From an uncultured Planctomycetaceae bacterium (GTDB taxonomy: Bacteria; Planctomycetota; Planctomycetia; Isosphaerales; Isosphaeraceae): 64,000 bases of DNA. A program made the translations under genes and the position numbers. The stretch spans positions 4,448,001 through 4,512,000 of the forward strand of contig CAWIAD010000002.1 of NCBI GenBank assembly GCA_963833985.1. The letters run 5' to 3'. Shown here piece by piece: positions 1-10,758 of this stretch. The notes below the pieces were generated by a model that saw only the letters and a program-made list of their open reading frames with translations, did no database searches and was not told the DNA's origin. How positions within the stretch are numbered: the stretch's first letter is position 1; every line of letters starts with the position of its first letter.

Positions 1-346
1 TGCTTCGGGTGAGCAGCGGGGGCAGTCATGCGTTGACAGTCCGGAGACGAGCCGGGGGCATGCCGAACTTCGCATGATGCCACTGCGCATATCCTGATCG
101 GCTCGCCCCTTGGCGAAGTTCAGAAAAACACCTGAGCAAACGAAGCACATAGGTAGAAATGCGCCGGTTGCGCGGACTCATCTGCGCGGGGACGGGTGGA
201 ACGGCTCAACCTCGCTGCTGCGCGGAGCGTGGCAACGCGGTGTGCACGATCGCCCTTCGTGGCGAGGTCTTTCTTTCCAGCACCGGCTCTCAGGTTATAA
301 GGCTGATACGGCCGGGCGCTCGACTTCGCGTCGCTTCGCGCCTGGC

Positions 347-1456
347 CTACATTGCAGGGTTCTGAGCGGAGTGTTCGCGGGGACGGCGGATGTGATTGGC
401 GATGTCTTGCAGGGAGTGGAGGCGATAGGGGAAGTGGGCGGGAGCGATGGACTCCCGGGCCAGGTCGGCGCGGAGCCTGCGACGGGCGCGGATGTTGCGG
501 GCGCAGCGGAGGGCGTCAAGCTTGCCCAGGAAGAACGGAAGAAAGCGAAGGTGAGCCATGCGCCAGCCCGCCTGGGAGAGGACCAGGAAAGCGTGGGGGA
601 GCACAGCGGCCGGCAACTGGCGCGCCGGCAGGTTTGACCAGAACACAATCTCGGCGTTTCGCGCCATGCGACGCTGCAATGCGGGGCGCGCATGGTCGTA
701 AGTAGCGGAGATCTCGTGGAGGACGCGGCACCGCGCGTCAAACACGCAACGGTAGCCTGCCCAGCGCAGGCGGAAGCCCAGATCGACATCCTCGTAGTAC
801 GAGCCCAGGAGCGGATCAAATCCACCGACCTGGCGGATCGCCTCCGCGCGGTAGAACGCGCTGGAGCCGCTGGCGGAGAACACGTCCTCCCTCGGCCGGT
901 CTTGCCAGAGTGCGGCGGACTGGCCGTGGCCTCGCTTGGTCGGCCAGCCGGCAAGACTGTAGGCATCACCGGCCGAGTCCACCCGGCCCGGATCGCTGCG
1001 GACCAGCACCAGGGGCGCGACGGAACCGACGGTGGGCTCAGCAAACGGGGCCAGTCCAGCCTCGAGCCAGCCCTTGGTGACCTCGGTGTCATTGTTCAAG
1101 AGCTGGATGAACTGGCCGCGCGCGACCTTGAGGCCGGCATTAGCCGCGGCGCAGAATCCGCCGTTGGTCTTGCGCCGGACCAGCCGGACCAGTGGATAGT
1201 GCGAGTGCAGCCAGCGGACGGTATCGTCGCTGGATGCGTCATCCGCGACAATGATCTCGGTCCACCAGGTGCGGCCGCCGGGCAGGTGGTGAAAGACGCT
1301 GCGCAGGCACGTTTCCAGGAGCGCGCGGCCGTTGTAGGTCGGGATGACAATCGAGCACAGCGGCGCGAGCTCCGGGCCGCGGGATGGTCGAGACGTGCCG
1401 CTCAACGGCCGGCTTTCCCGGAAAACCGAGAGAGATTCCACGACACCTTCCCCCAA
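347..1456 (-). CDS. Glycosyltransferase family 2
   Basis: SIVIPTYNG, IIVADDASSD, NGGFCAAANAG, LLNNDTEV (DxD) and YYEDVDLGFRL motifs; exact start uncertain. Confidence 0.9.
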   Translation of the reverse strand: MGEGVVESLSVFRESRPLSGTSRPSRGPELAPLCSIVIPTYNGRALLETCLRSVFHHLPGGRTWWTEIIVADDASSDDTVRWLHSHYPLVRLVRRKTNGGFCAAANAGLKVARGQFIQLLNNDTEVTKGWLEAGLAPFAEPTVGSVAPLVLVRSDPGRVDSAGDAYSLAGWPTKRGHGQSAALWQDRPREDVFSASGSSAFYRAEAIRQVGGFDPLLGSYYEDVDLGFRLRWAGYRCVFDARCRVLHEISATYDHARPALQRRMARNAEIVFWSNLPARQLPAAVLPHAFLVLSQAGWRMAHLRFLPFFLGKLDALRCARNIRARRRLRADLARESIAPAHFPYRLHSLQDIANHIRRPREHSAQNPAM

Positions 1457-2556
1457 ACCACATGCTGGACGGTCATGAACAGGATTTTGAAATCCATCCA
1501 GAAAGACCAGCGACTCATATAATCAAGATCATATTGAATACGCTTCCGCAATGAGGTCCGCCCGCGCCAGCCGTGAACCTGGGCCCAGCCGGTCATTCCC
1601 GCGGGGACGGCGTGGCGGAGGTCGTAGTCTGGCATTGCGTGGCGAAACTGCTCCACGAACACGGGCCGCTCCGGACGCGGGCCAACCAGGCTCATATCCC
1701 CCTTGAGGACGTTGAAGAGCTGGGGCAGCTCATCGATGTTGGTGTGCCGCAGCCATTCGCCAATGCGCGTGCAGCGCGCGTCGTGGTTGGAGGCCCAGAT
1801 CGGGCCGGTTGCGGTTTCGGCGTCGGTGCGCATGCTCCGGAACTTGATGATCCGGAACCGCCGCCCCCCCTGCCCCACGCGTTCCTGCGAGTAAAACACC
1901 GGCCCGCCGGACGTCAGCAAGATCGCCAGAGCCACCGCGGTGAAGAGCGGGGACAGCAGCAGCAAGCCGAAAGCCGAGAGCAGGATGTCAGCGAGACGCT
2001 TGGCCGCGCGCGCCCGGCGGTCCGCCGAACCCCACCACGAGTCCGCGAGCAACCAGCGGGGCACGCGCGAACCCGGCCGGTGGCCGCCATGCTCTCCAGA
2101 CCGGCTCAGGGGCAAGGACGCCAGGTCCAGCCGTTCGGCATCCACGGGCACCCAATGCACCTTGACGTTGGACTTGTTAAGATGCGCCACGCGTGATAGA
2201 GGCTGACTCTTGGGTTTCTCGGGGACGGCCACGAGGACGTCGGTCGCTCGCGTGCGGTCGACCAGTTCGCGCAAGCGATCGAGTCCGCCGACGACAGGCA
2301 CGGGATCCGCTTCGGGATGAACGGGCAGGTGGCGGCCGCGCAGCTTGGGACTGGAGGTCTGGTCGTGGCCGGCATCCACGAAGCCGACAATCGTCAGCGG
2401 CCGGCTCGCATCGGCGTGCATTCGCTTGAGCAGCTTGCGAGCGTCGCGCCGGGCACCGACCACGATGATCCGGGATCGGTAGGGCTTCCGGCTGGAATCC
2501 GGACCGCCCCGCCCCCCAGCTTCCAGGGAATTCTTCATGAATTGCCACCGATCCAT
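1402..2556 (-). CDS. Polyprenyl glycosylphosphotransferase (WcaJ/WbaP-like sugar transferase)
   Basis: KRLADILLS..one TM..KFRSM, IDELPQLFNVLKGDMSLVGPRPERP, GMTGWAQVHG; N-terminal VGFVD Rossmann-like region, no N-terminal TM bundle. Confidence 0.92.
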   Translation of the reverse strand: MDRWQFMKNSLEAGGRGGPDSSRKPYRSRIIVVGARRDARKLLKRMHADASRPLTIVGFVDAGHDQTSSPKLRGRHLPVHPEADPVPVVGGLDRLRELVDRTRATDVLVAVPEKPKSQPLSRVAHLNKSNVKVHWVPVDAERLDLASLPLSRSGEHGGHRPGSRVPRWLLADSWWGSADRRARAAKRLADILLSAFGLLLLSPLFTAVALAILLTSGGPVFYSQERVGQGGRRFRIIKFRSMRTDAETATGPIWASNHDARCTRIGEWLRHTNIDELPQLFNVLKGDMSLVGPRPERPVFVEQFRHAMPDYDLRHAVPAGMTGWAQVHGWRGRTSLRKRIQYDLDYMSRWSFWMDFKILFMTVQHVVWGKVSWNLSRFSGKAGR

Positions 2557-2742
2557 CGGTCAGTTGCCCGTAGGCGGCAGGCCTTCGGGCTGCTTGTGGA
2601 CCGTGCGGCCTTCCGTGGCCGCCACGTCTTCCCACAGCTCTGATTCAAGTTTTCCATCGGCCATACCGACGGAATTCTCCAGAAAAAGCGCTTGATCGTT
2701 CGCTTCGGTACAGCTCTCCGGGGCTCGTGAAGAGGATGGCGC

Positions 2743-3876
2743 GTGAGTGCGTCGCAGATCCAATCTGACGAGGTTTCCCTTGATCCGGGTGTGCGGTTGA
2801 CGATCATCATCGTCAACTACAACGGCTGGCCCGACGTGCTGCGCCTCGTACGGGCCCTCCAGGCGGAACCCGAGTTCGCCACCGGTCAGTTCCAGATCGT
2901 CGTGGTGGACAACGCATCCTCCGGGCCAATTCCGGAACAGCTCTGGTGCTCACCTCCTCCGGGCCTCCGTGTTCTTGTCAGGCCGGATAATGGCGGTTTC
3001 GCCGCTGGCGTCAATGCCGGCTGGCGACTGGCTCAAAGCGGCTGGCTGCTCGTTCTCAATCCGGATGTGGAGATCGCGCGGGGGATGATCAGCCAGGTAC
3101 TCGAGCGGATCGAGAGGTACCAGCGCCTGCCAGGCAGGCCGCCCGGCATTGTCGGCTTTGCCCTCAAGAATCCCGACGGGTCGCTTCAGGGCTCCGTGGG
3201 CCGCTTTCCGAGCCTCTGGCGGACGATCACCGAGCAGTTCATACCGCGCTCCCGGCGGAAATACCAGGCGGGTTGGCGCATTCGATCCGGTCCGGTGGAC
3301 TGGGTCACCGGCGCCTGCATGCTCATCAACACTCGCCTGATGGCTGAACTGGGCGGCATGGACGAGGACTTCTTCCTTTACCACGAAGAAGTTGCATTCT
3401 GCCGCCGGGCCCGTGACCAGGGTTGGCACGTGGCGTACGATGCCGGCGTACAGGTCGTGCACCGACATCCCTTGCAGAATCGCTCCATTTCGCCCAAGAT
3501 GCGGGTCATCATCCGGCACAGCAAGCTGCTTTACTTTCAAAAGCACCTGCCCGGATGGCAGTTTCAGGGACTGTCGTGGATCATCTCCGTCGAGGCCGCG
3601 GTCCGCGGACAGGTGGCACGGGCGCTGGGCCGCCGGGAGGAGCGACGCGCGTGGCTCGCGATCGCGGGAATGACGCGCGGGCTCCGCAGGGGGGCGTCCA
3701 TTTGCGGGCGCGAGGTGCTTGTGCTGGCCGAATCGGTCACGCCACGGAAACCTGAACGAGCCGGCCCGGGCGCCTACCCTCCCATTCACAATGAACGGGA
3801 TCGCATGACGGCGGAGCGTCGCGGGCAGCGGGTTGCCCTCTCGCCCGCAGACGCCAATGAGAGCCGGCCGGCCTGA
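2743..3876 (+). CDS. Glycosyltransferase family 2 (WbbL-like)
   Basis: IIIVNYN, VVDNAS, NGGFAAGVNAG, LNPD, VDWVTGACML, DEDFFLYHEE. Confidence 0.9.
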   Translation: MSASQIQSDEVSLDPGVRLTIIIVNYNGWPDVLRLVRALQAEPEFATGQFQIVVVDNASSGPIPEQLWCSPPPGLRVLVRPDNGGFAAGVNAGWRLAQSGWLLVLNPDVEIARGMISQVLERIERYQRLPGRPPGIVGFALKNPDGSLQGSVGRFPSLWRTITEQFIPRSRRKYQAGWRIRSGPVDWVTGACMLINTRLMAELGGMDEDFFLYHEEVAFCRRARDQGWHVAYDAGVQVVHRHPLQNRSISPKMRVIIRHSKLLYFQKHLPGWQFQGLSWIISVEAAVRGQVARALGRREERRAWLAIAGMTRGLRRGASICGREVLVLAESVTPRKPERAGPGAYPPIHNERDRMTAERRGQRVALSPADANESRPA

Positions 3877-3907
3877 GGACAGGTCGGGACTGAAAGGACG
3901 GAGCCGC

Positions 3908-5479
3908 GTGACCCTGCGCCATCATCTCCTTCGCATCGGCCTGCTCATGGTGCTGGCCGCGGGCCTGCTCCATGGACTGGCCCGGCGTACCGAGGTCATG
4001 TTTGCCGACGGTCTGCGCTACGTGGCCCAGGCGCAAGCCATCGCCGGCGGCTCCTGGGGTGCGGCCCTGGCCCGGTCCGCGGACCATCCGCTCTACCCGT
4101 TCGCCATTGCGGTCCTCCATCGCCTGGCCGGCGGTTCCAGCCCCGCCGCCTGGCAGGCCGAGGCGCAGGGAGCGGCGGTGCTGGGTGGTGTGCTTCTGGT
4201 CATACCCATCTACCTCTTCGCATTCGAGCTGTACGGAGGCCAGGTCGCCTGGCTGGCGTGCGTGCTCACGTTCCTGGTACCGCTCATCAGCCACGTCTTT
4301 GCCGATGCCCTGGCCGAGAGCACGTTCCTGTTCTTCTGGACCACCGGCTGCTGGGCCGCCCTGCGATTCCTTCGCCAGGGCCGAATGAGCTGGCTGGCGG
4401 CCGCGGTGGGGATGGCCGCCCTGGCCTACCTGACGCGCCCCGAGGGCCTGCTGCTGCCCTTGGCCCTGGTGGGAACCCTGTTCCTGATGGTCCTCGTGCC
4501 GCCAGCGCGCTGGCCCTGGCAGATCTGGATCCGCGCGGTCTCGTTTCTGCTGGTCGGACCACTGCTCCTGGTCGGCCCCTACATGGCCGTGAAAGGGGGC
4601 GTCGGCACGAAGCCGGCGGTCGGCCGCCTGCTCGGTCTGGCGGCCCGGTCGCATGCGCTCGCCGTGGAGCGGGAACGCCCCCTGGACCCGCGTCAGTCGA
4701 CGGTCACAACCTATCTCATCGCCGGCCGTTCCGCCTTCCGGTCGATTGCGGTCGCCGTTCCCCCTCCCTACCTGCTGCTGGCGATCCTCAGCTTTCTGAG
4801 CAGCGGTTCGCGCCGCGGCTGGTCTCGGCCTGGTCTGTTTCTTGGCTGCATCCTCGGCGGCTGGCTGCTGGCCCTGATCCGGCTGCACGCCACGAGCGGT
4901 TACTGCACACCGCGTCATACCCTGATCTTTGCTCTGCCGGTCATCGCGGCCGGTGCCCACGGACTGAACCTCCTGGTGAACCTGCTGGCGTCCCGGCTTG
5001 TCGCCCCATCGGCCGCACGCGAACAGGCGCGGGTTCGTGTCGCCGCGCTCGCGGCGTGTCTGGGCATGCTCATCGTCGTCCAGGGCCGCGCACTCGGGGC
5101 ACCCATCAACCCGGGCTTCCGCGGGTATCGTCAAGCGGGTGAATGGCTTGCGACCCACACGCCGCACGATGCGAGGGTGCTCGACCTGAAGGGCTGGGCG
5201 CTCTTCTACGGCGGCAGGTCCGGCTATACCTTCGACGAGCTGCCGGCAGCCGAGCGCGACCATGAGCTGAGCTGGGTCGTCGCCCATGACTCCCTGCTCA
5301 TGGGCCCCTGGTTTTACTGCGACACACTCCGCAGGACGGTCGGCGGGCGATCGCCGGTGCAGTCGTTCCCCCCTCAAAAGACGCCTGGGATCGCCCAGGT
5401 TCATATCTTCAAGGTTACCGGGCCGCCGCCACGTACGGCGTCCAGCTCGACGTCGGAAATCGAATCACGCAGGCAATGA
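3908..5479 (+). CDS. GT-C fold (ArnT/PMT-like, GT39-type) membrane glycosyltransferase
   Basis: Multi-TM protein with ADGLRY, DHPLYP, LAES, LTRPEG; GTG start at 3908 behind GAAAGGA (ORF open from 3833). Confidence 0.75.
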   Translation: MTLRHHLLRIGLLMVLAAGLLHGLARRTEVMFADGLRYVAQAQAIAGGSWGAALARSADHPLYPFAIAVLHRLAGGSSPAAWQAEAQGAAVLGGVLLVIPIYLFAFELYGGQVAWLACVLTFLVPLISHVFADALAESTFLFFWTTGCWAALRFLRQGRMSWLAAAVGMAALAYLTRPEGLLLPLALVGTLFLMVLVPPARWPWQIWIRAVSFLLVGPLLLVGPYMAVKGGVGTKPAVGRLLGLAARSHALAVERERPLDPRQSTVTTYLIAGRSAFRSIAVAVPPPYLLLAILSFLSSGSRRGWSRPGLFLGCILGGWLLALIRLHATSGYCTPRHTLIFALPVIAAGAHGLNLLVNLLASRLVAPSAAREQARVRVAALAACLGMLIVVQGRALGAPINPGFRGYRQAGEWLATHTPHDARVLDLKGWALFYGGRSGYTFDELPAAERDHELSWVVAHDSLLMGPWFYCDTLRRTVGGRSPVQSFPPQKTPGIAQVHIFKVTGPPPRTASSSTSEIESRRQ

Positions 5480-5614
5480 CGGGTCTGACGGACGAGGTTG
5501 TGGGCCATCGGCAATTCGCTATAATCCGACCGCCGCCTGGTCCTCGCTGCGCCGCGTCCACCCGGTCATCGTCGGCTCTGCTTGCCGCAGGCGGCCTCAA
5601 GGAAGAAACCGCGG

Positions 5615-7475
5615 ATGCAAGACCAGGAAGGTAGCCCCCGGGGCTGGCGATCGTCGGCAACGATCCCGACATGGGTCCTGCTGGCCATTTCGCTGGCCGT
5701 GCTGAGCGGTCTGGTGCTGCTGCGGCAAGGCAACCTGGCCTGGGACGACGCTGATTACCTGCGCCGTGGGCTGGCCGATGCACGCTATGCGCGTGCGGGT
5801 CACGCCTGGAGCGTCCTCCCCAGGCTGCTCGACCGCCTCTTGCTCGAACAGCCGAAACCGCCCTGGCTGGTCGGCTGGATCGGCATGTCGGTGCTGGCCG
5901 CCGGCCGCTCGCGGATCGACGTGCTTATTGTTCTGGGCAGCGTGCTGCCGTTCCTGCTGCTGGCGTTCTGTACCGTGATGCTTGCCCGGCGGCGGAGCGG
6001 GCCGATGGCCGGCTTGCTGGCCCTGGCCCTGCTGCTTGCCTCGCCGCGCGCCCTGTCCTTTGGCGGCAAGGTCATGGTCGAGACCTTCCTGGGCTGCTGG
6101 ACGTTGCTCGCTCTCATGATGGCCGGTGAGGCGGCCGACCGGCCCAGCCGCAGGCGAGGTCTCGCGCTCGGCGCGGCCACCGGGCTGGCGCTCCTGACAA
6201 AGCTGACCGCGGTGCTGCTCCTGGCCGGCGCCCTGATTCCCTTCCTGTGCTGGACCTTGTGGCCCGGTCCCGAGCGCCGCCCGCGCGTTCGTGGCTTCCT
6301 CTGGGCGGTCGTCGCGGCGCTTGCCGTGGCCGGCCCCTGGTACTTCCGCAATGGCCAGGCCGCCATGAACTTTGCGTCCTTCTCGGCGAGCTACAACCTG
6401 CTCGCGGAGGGGCAAGCTCGTGTGCTGGCCCCCGGCGATCGACTCGGTCAGATCCTGGGCGAACTGCCGGGCTGGCCCCTGGTCGTCCTGCTGGGCTTCC
6501 TGGGTTTTGGGATCTCGCTGCGCCGTGGCTCGGCCTCTACCTCTAGTATACGACCATCCGCAACCGCGCACGCAGGAGTCGTACGCTTCCGGGTGCTGAC
6601 CCTTGCCAGCACGGCTGCCGCCACGACCCTGCTCATGTTTCCCAGGTACTTCGACTCGCGGTTCCTTCTTCCCCTCTGGCCACCTCTGGCGGTGGCCGCT
6701 GGGGAAATGCTGGCGCCCCTGGTCCAGGGAATGACGCCCGCGCAAGGCCGGGTTCGCCCTCGCCATGGCCGGGTGCGTCACGGCGTCGTTCCTCGCCCTG
6801 GCCCGTGAGCCGGCCTCGCGCACCTGCTGGGCGGCACAGGGGTTGATCGAGGCGCTGGTGGATCAGCATGGAGCCAGGACCCTGGGCAACATCGGCAACA
6901 CGGCCGACTGGAACGTGTGCAAGACCGGTCTGATCAATGAGCTGCGCGACCATCCCGAGAGCTGCTTCGTCCTGCACGAGCTTTCGGCGGAATCGGCCGA
7001 GAGACTGCGCGACCGCCTGGCTCGGCTGGACGCCGTGGTGGTGCTGGATCCCTCGGCGTTTCCACCCGGATTTCTCGCCGCCCTGCCTGGCCTGAACCGA
7101 GCGACGGCCACGGCCCAGGCGCTCGTCGGGGCTGATCCCGAAATGGTCCGCGTGCAGGACCTGCCGCATGCGGGCCTGCCGCCCCTGGCCGTCTATGTGC
7201 GCGACCGCGGCGCCAGGGAACGCAGTCGCGTGGCGGCATACCAAGAGCGGCTGAAATCCTTCACCTGGTGTTTTCCTTCCGGGCCCGAGGGCGGCAAGCC
7301 GGTCGCGATCACCGTGACCGGCAGGAGCCCCAAACCATACGGCGACCTCATGCTTCCCTTGCTCGATGCCCGGGAAAACGCCACGAACCATGCTTCCGGC
7401 GGCCGGTCCGCCGCTGAGTATCAGACTCAAGGAGCCCGCGATGCCGGATCGGTTGGACAACCAGCCCACCCTTGA
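5615..7475 (+). CDS. ArnT/GT39-like membrane glycosyltransferase, frameshifted near 6730-6765
   Basis: WDDADY, KPP, GLALLTK, PWY, RFLLP motifs; protein-like sequence continues in ORF 6765-7475. Confidence 0.65.
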
Positions 7476-9066
7476 TGATCCTGTCTTTTCAACATTTGAT
7501 CGTCATTCGATTCGGATTGCGCTTTTGATAGCCGCGACGGTGGTCGTTCTGGGATGGACGCTGCGCCACACCGAGGCCAGCTTCGCCGACGGCCTGCGCT
7601 ACATCCGTCAGGCCAATGAGATCCACCGCGGAGACTGGCGTGCCGGGCTTTACGGCTCGATCGATCATCCGCTGCATCCGCTGGGCATCGTGGCGGCGCA
7701 TCACCTGGTGGCCGGGGATGATCCGGTCTCATGGCAACAAGCCGCCGTGGCGCTGGGGTTCGCCTGCCTGGTGCTGGCCGTGATCCCGATCTACCTGCTG
7801 GCCCGCGAGACCTTCGGCGACGGGTCAGCCTGGCTGGGCTGCCTGCTGGTGGTGGCCAATCCTCTGCTGGGGTCGATCCTCGCGAACGTACTGAGCGAGA
7901 GCACCTTCCTGCTCTTCTGGGCGTGGGGGCTCTGGGCGGCCATCCGGTTCCTGCGCGAGGGACGCTTCCTCTGGCTGCCCATGACGATCGGCTTTGCCGT
8001 GCTCGCGTACCTGTCGCGACCCGAGGGCCTGCTGTTGCCGCTGGTGATGATCCTGACGCTCCTGCTCTTGCCCCTGCACCGCGCGATCCGCATCGACTGG
8101 CCGCGGTGGGGCATGGCCGTGGTGTTCCTGGTGGGCGGATCGTTGCTTTTGGCCGGTCCGTACATGGCTCTCAAAGGGGGCGTTGGTACCAAGCCCGCCC
8201 TGGCGCGGGTGCTCGGACTGGCACCCAGCTCGCATCCCCAGGCACTGGAGCGCGAGCGCCCGCTGCCGCCCGGTCAGACCACCTTCCAGACCTATGTCCT
8301 GGCCACGCAGCGCATGGCCAGAGCGGTGCGCGGGGCGGTCTCGACACCGCTCCTGCCGCTGGCGCTCCTGGGCTTGATCTTGATGCCGGCCGGGCCGGCG
8401 CGGGCGCGGATCCGCCTGTTCTTGCTGACCCTGCTGGCCGCCTCGGCCGTCGGCCTTGTCCGGCTGCACGCAACCGGGGGATACTGTACAATCCGTCACG
8501 GCCTGGTTCCGGCCCTGGTCCTGATTCTGGCCGCGGCCCATGGGCTCTTCCGCCTGATGGCCTGGATATCCATTCCCGGCGGCTGGCTGGGAGCGGCCCG
8601 GGAACGCCTCCATCCCGGACCTGCCGTCTGGGCGGCCGTCCTGGCCATCCTGATCGTCGTGCCGCGGACGGCCACGGTGGGCGGCGAGATACCGGGCCCC
8701 TTCCACCTCTATCGGGACGCCGGCGCATGGCTCGGCGCCCATGTCGCAGATGGCGAGCAGGCACTCGACCTGACCGACTGGCCGCTCTATTTCAGCCAGC
8801 GCCCGGGTTATCGATTCGCCCATGTCTACGATGCCCCCACCGATCCCTCGCTGCGCTGGGTGGTCGTCCGCCGGCCGCACCTGGAAGGACACGGGAGCTA
8901 CTCGAAACGGGTACGCCAGCTCGTCGGCGATGCCAGCCCCGTGGCCGTGCTGCCGGCCAATCCCGCCCCGGGCCAGCTTCAGCTCCTGATCTTCGACCGC
9001 CGCGCCACGGCGCCGCAGGTCGCCGGGGCCCCTGCCCTCGGCGCGGAGCAGCCTGTGCGGCGATGA
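7441..9066 (+). CDS. GT-C fold (ArnT/PMT-like) membrane glycosyltransferase, paralogue of 3908-5479
   Basis: Shares ADGLRY, DHPLHP, RPEG, KGGVGTKPA, ERERPL, LHATxGYCTxRH with the upstream paralogue; ATG 7441 after AAGGAG. Confidence 0.75.
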   Translation: MPDRLDNQPTLDDPVFSTFDRHSIRIALLIAATVVVLGWTLRHTEASFADGLRYIRQANEIHRGDWRAGLYGSIDHPLHPLGIVAAHHLVAGDDPVSWQQAAVALGFACLVLAVIPIYLLARETFGDGSAWLGCLLVVANPLLGSILANVLSESTFLLFWAWGLWAAIRFLREGRFLWLPMTIGFAVLAYLSRPEGLLLPLVMILTLLLLPLHRAIRIDWPRWGMAVVFLVGGSLLLAGPYMALKGGVGTKPALARVLGLAPSSHPQALERERPLPPGQTTFQTYVLATQRMARAVRGAVSTPLLPLALLGLILMPAGPARARIRLFLLTLLAASAVGLVRLHATGGYCTIRHGLVPALVLILAAAHGLFRLMAWISIPGGWLGAARERLHPGPAVWAAVLAILIVVPRTATVGGEIPGPFHLYRDAGAWLGAHVADGEQALDLTDWPLYFSQRPGYRFAHVYDAPTDPSLRWVVVRRPHLEGHGSYSKRVRQLVGDASPVAVLPANPAPGQLQLLIFDRRATAPQVAGAPALGAEQPVRR

Positions 9067-9088
9067 CGCGCAACAGCGGCAAGCCGCG

Positions 9089-9445
9089 TCATGCCGGCGG
9101 GTTCAGCTTTGCAAGCGCGTCCTTGCGCGATTCGACGATGTCCAGCACGCGGTGCAGGTTCATCGACCGGAAGATGTCTTGCAGGTAGGCGCTGATCCCG
9201 TAGAAGACCACCTTGCCTTTCTGGCGGTCGATTCTCCGCTTGATGGTCACCAGGAAGCCGATCTCCGAGCTGGCGAGATAGTTCACCTCGTTGAGATCAA
9301 CAGCAATCCGCGCATCCTCGCGCGCTTCGATCAGCTTGTACAACCAGTCGCGCTGGGTCGATTGCCAGTCGTAGTTGGTTTCGGATGTCGGCTCGAAGAC
9401 GATGATCAGCACATTCCCCGTCTCGCTCGTCGTGAAGTTCAACAT
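9089..9445 (-). CDS. STAS-domain anti-sigma factor antagonist
   Basis: 118 aa; VDLNEVNYLASSEIGFLV phospho-Ser motif. Confidence 0.85.
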   Translation of the reverse strand: MLNFTTSETGNVLIIVFEPTSETNYDWQSTQRDWLYKLIEAREDARIAVDLNEVNYLASSEIGFLVTIKRRIDRQKGKVVFYGISAYLQDIFRSMNLHRVLDIVESRKDALAKLNPPA

Positions 9446-9481
9446 CGCGGGAGCCCTTCGAGGCAGGGAGAAGAAATGCGA

Positions 9482-10537
9482 TCACGCGCGCACCCAAAAC
9501 GGGAAGCGGTGTGGGAAACCTCTGGATTCTAACCGCAAAGGAAATTGACTCAAGTCAGAAAACCTTGAATTCGATCGCAACCGTTCAACCTGAGCCGCCC
9601 GGCGCCGCCATGGGCAAGGCGCAGGTGGTCTGCCGCCCTCGGCAACAAAGTCGAGATAGAGCGTGGTGAACTGGGCAACAATCAGTCCTGGCGGCGTCAA
9701 GGTTGACAGCGTGGCGAGGATCTTCAGCCGGCCCCCACAAGAATCGCAGACCAGCAGACGACAGCGCTGCTGGTCGTGCTCCGCGAACAGCGAGTGCAGG
9801 CCGCGATGATCCTGCCCACCACAAAAGGGGCACTGCAACCGGTTGACGGGCCAGCCCGCGCCGCAACACTCGCAGCGGAGGAACTGTCGCTGTTCCAGCC
9901 CGCGCCATTCCCCGAGCGCGGGACGCGCGCCGCACACCGGACAGTGGCCATGTGTCCAGAATCCTGCCGGCAGCTCCTCCACGATCCGGCTCGACCAGTC
10001 GCCCAGCTCGCCCAGTAACGACAGGCGAAGCGTTGCAACGGCGTGTTCGGCGTCGGCTTCTAGCGGCTCGAGCCGGGGCAGCACGGCCTCCTCGCCCTCC
10101 AGCAGCATGGCCCCGGCGCATGCGGTGACCTGCTCGGGCTGGCGGGCAAGCCAGTCCCGGAAGGGCCCGCCAGACGCGCGGTGCAGGTCATTGCAGCGAT
10201 CGATGGAAGAAATGCGCTCGAGCAACCGGGCGTGATCCAGGGCAGGAGGAACAACCCGGACGGCCGGCACGCCTTCGCGCCAGCCTTCCCGCATGCGATC
10301 CAGCAGGAAACCGGTCTGAATGTCGTGCGTATCGAGCGCAGGGATGGGGCTCCCCGGCACTGCAAAGGCGGCCACCAGCACCCGTGCCAGCTTCTGACGG
10401 AGCGGCTCCCAGTCGGGGCCAGGGGGCGCCCAGCTTTCAAGGTCGGCCAGCGCGTGCCGGAGCGCCACTGGCAGCTCGGCGCCGGGTCGCGGCGGGTCGG
10501 ACGCTCTCCACGGTCTTCGCATCCAGTCCAGGTTCAA
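9482..10537 (-). CDS. fdhE: Formate dehydrogenase accessory protein FdhE
   Basis: CPVCG..CECCG..W..CPFCG..CDSCG Cys pattern; downstream of FDH beta/NrfD. Confidence 0.85.
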   Translation of the reverse strand: MNLDWMRRPWRASDPPRPGAELPVALRHALADLESWAPPGPDWEPLRQKLARVLVAAFAVPGSPIPALDTHDIQTGFLLDRMREGWREGVPAVRVVPPALDHARLLERISSIDRCNDLHRASGGPFRDWLARQPEQVTACAGAMLLEGEEAVLPRLEPLEADAEHAVATLRLSLLGELGDWSSRIVEELPAGFWTHGHCPVCGARPALGEWRGLEQRQFLRCECCGAGWPVNRLQCPFCGGQDHRGLHSLFAEHDQQRCRLLVCDSCGGRLKILATLSTLTPPGLIVAQFTTLYLDFVAEGGRPPAPCPWRRRAAQVERLRSNSRFSDLSQFPLRLESRGFPHRFPFWVRA

Positions 10538-10758
10538 GAGGAAACCTCGTCCTGCCGGGCTTGCCAGGGATTGTCCACCGGCTTGGTGCCGTCAATCTTG
10601 CTGGGCGCATGGATCGGCTTGCCGCGATAGTTACCGCCGTCGCCACCCGCTCCACCGCCGCGCGGGCGGCTGTCCTCCGGGCTCGAGCAACCACAGCAAG
10701 CCGCAACGAGCAGCAAGCCGAGCACAAAGCCCAGTGATCGCGGACAACTTCGCGGCAT
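10534..10758 (-). CDS. Small putative lipoprotein (74 aa) in the FDH operon
   Basis: MPRSCPRSLGFVLGLLLVAACCGC signal/lipobox; TGATG overlap with the nrfD stop and overlap with the fdhE start. Confidence 0.6.
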   Translation of the reverse strand: MPRSCPRSLGFVLGLLLVAACCGCSSPEDSRPRGGGAGGDGGNYRGKPIHAPSKIDGTKPVDNPWQARQDEVSS

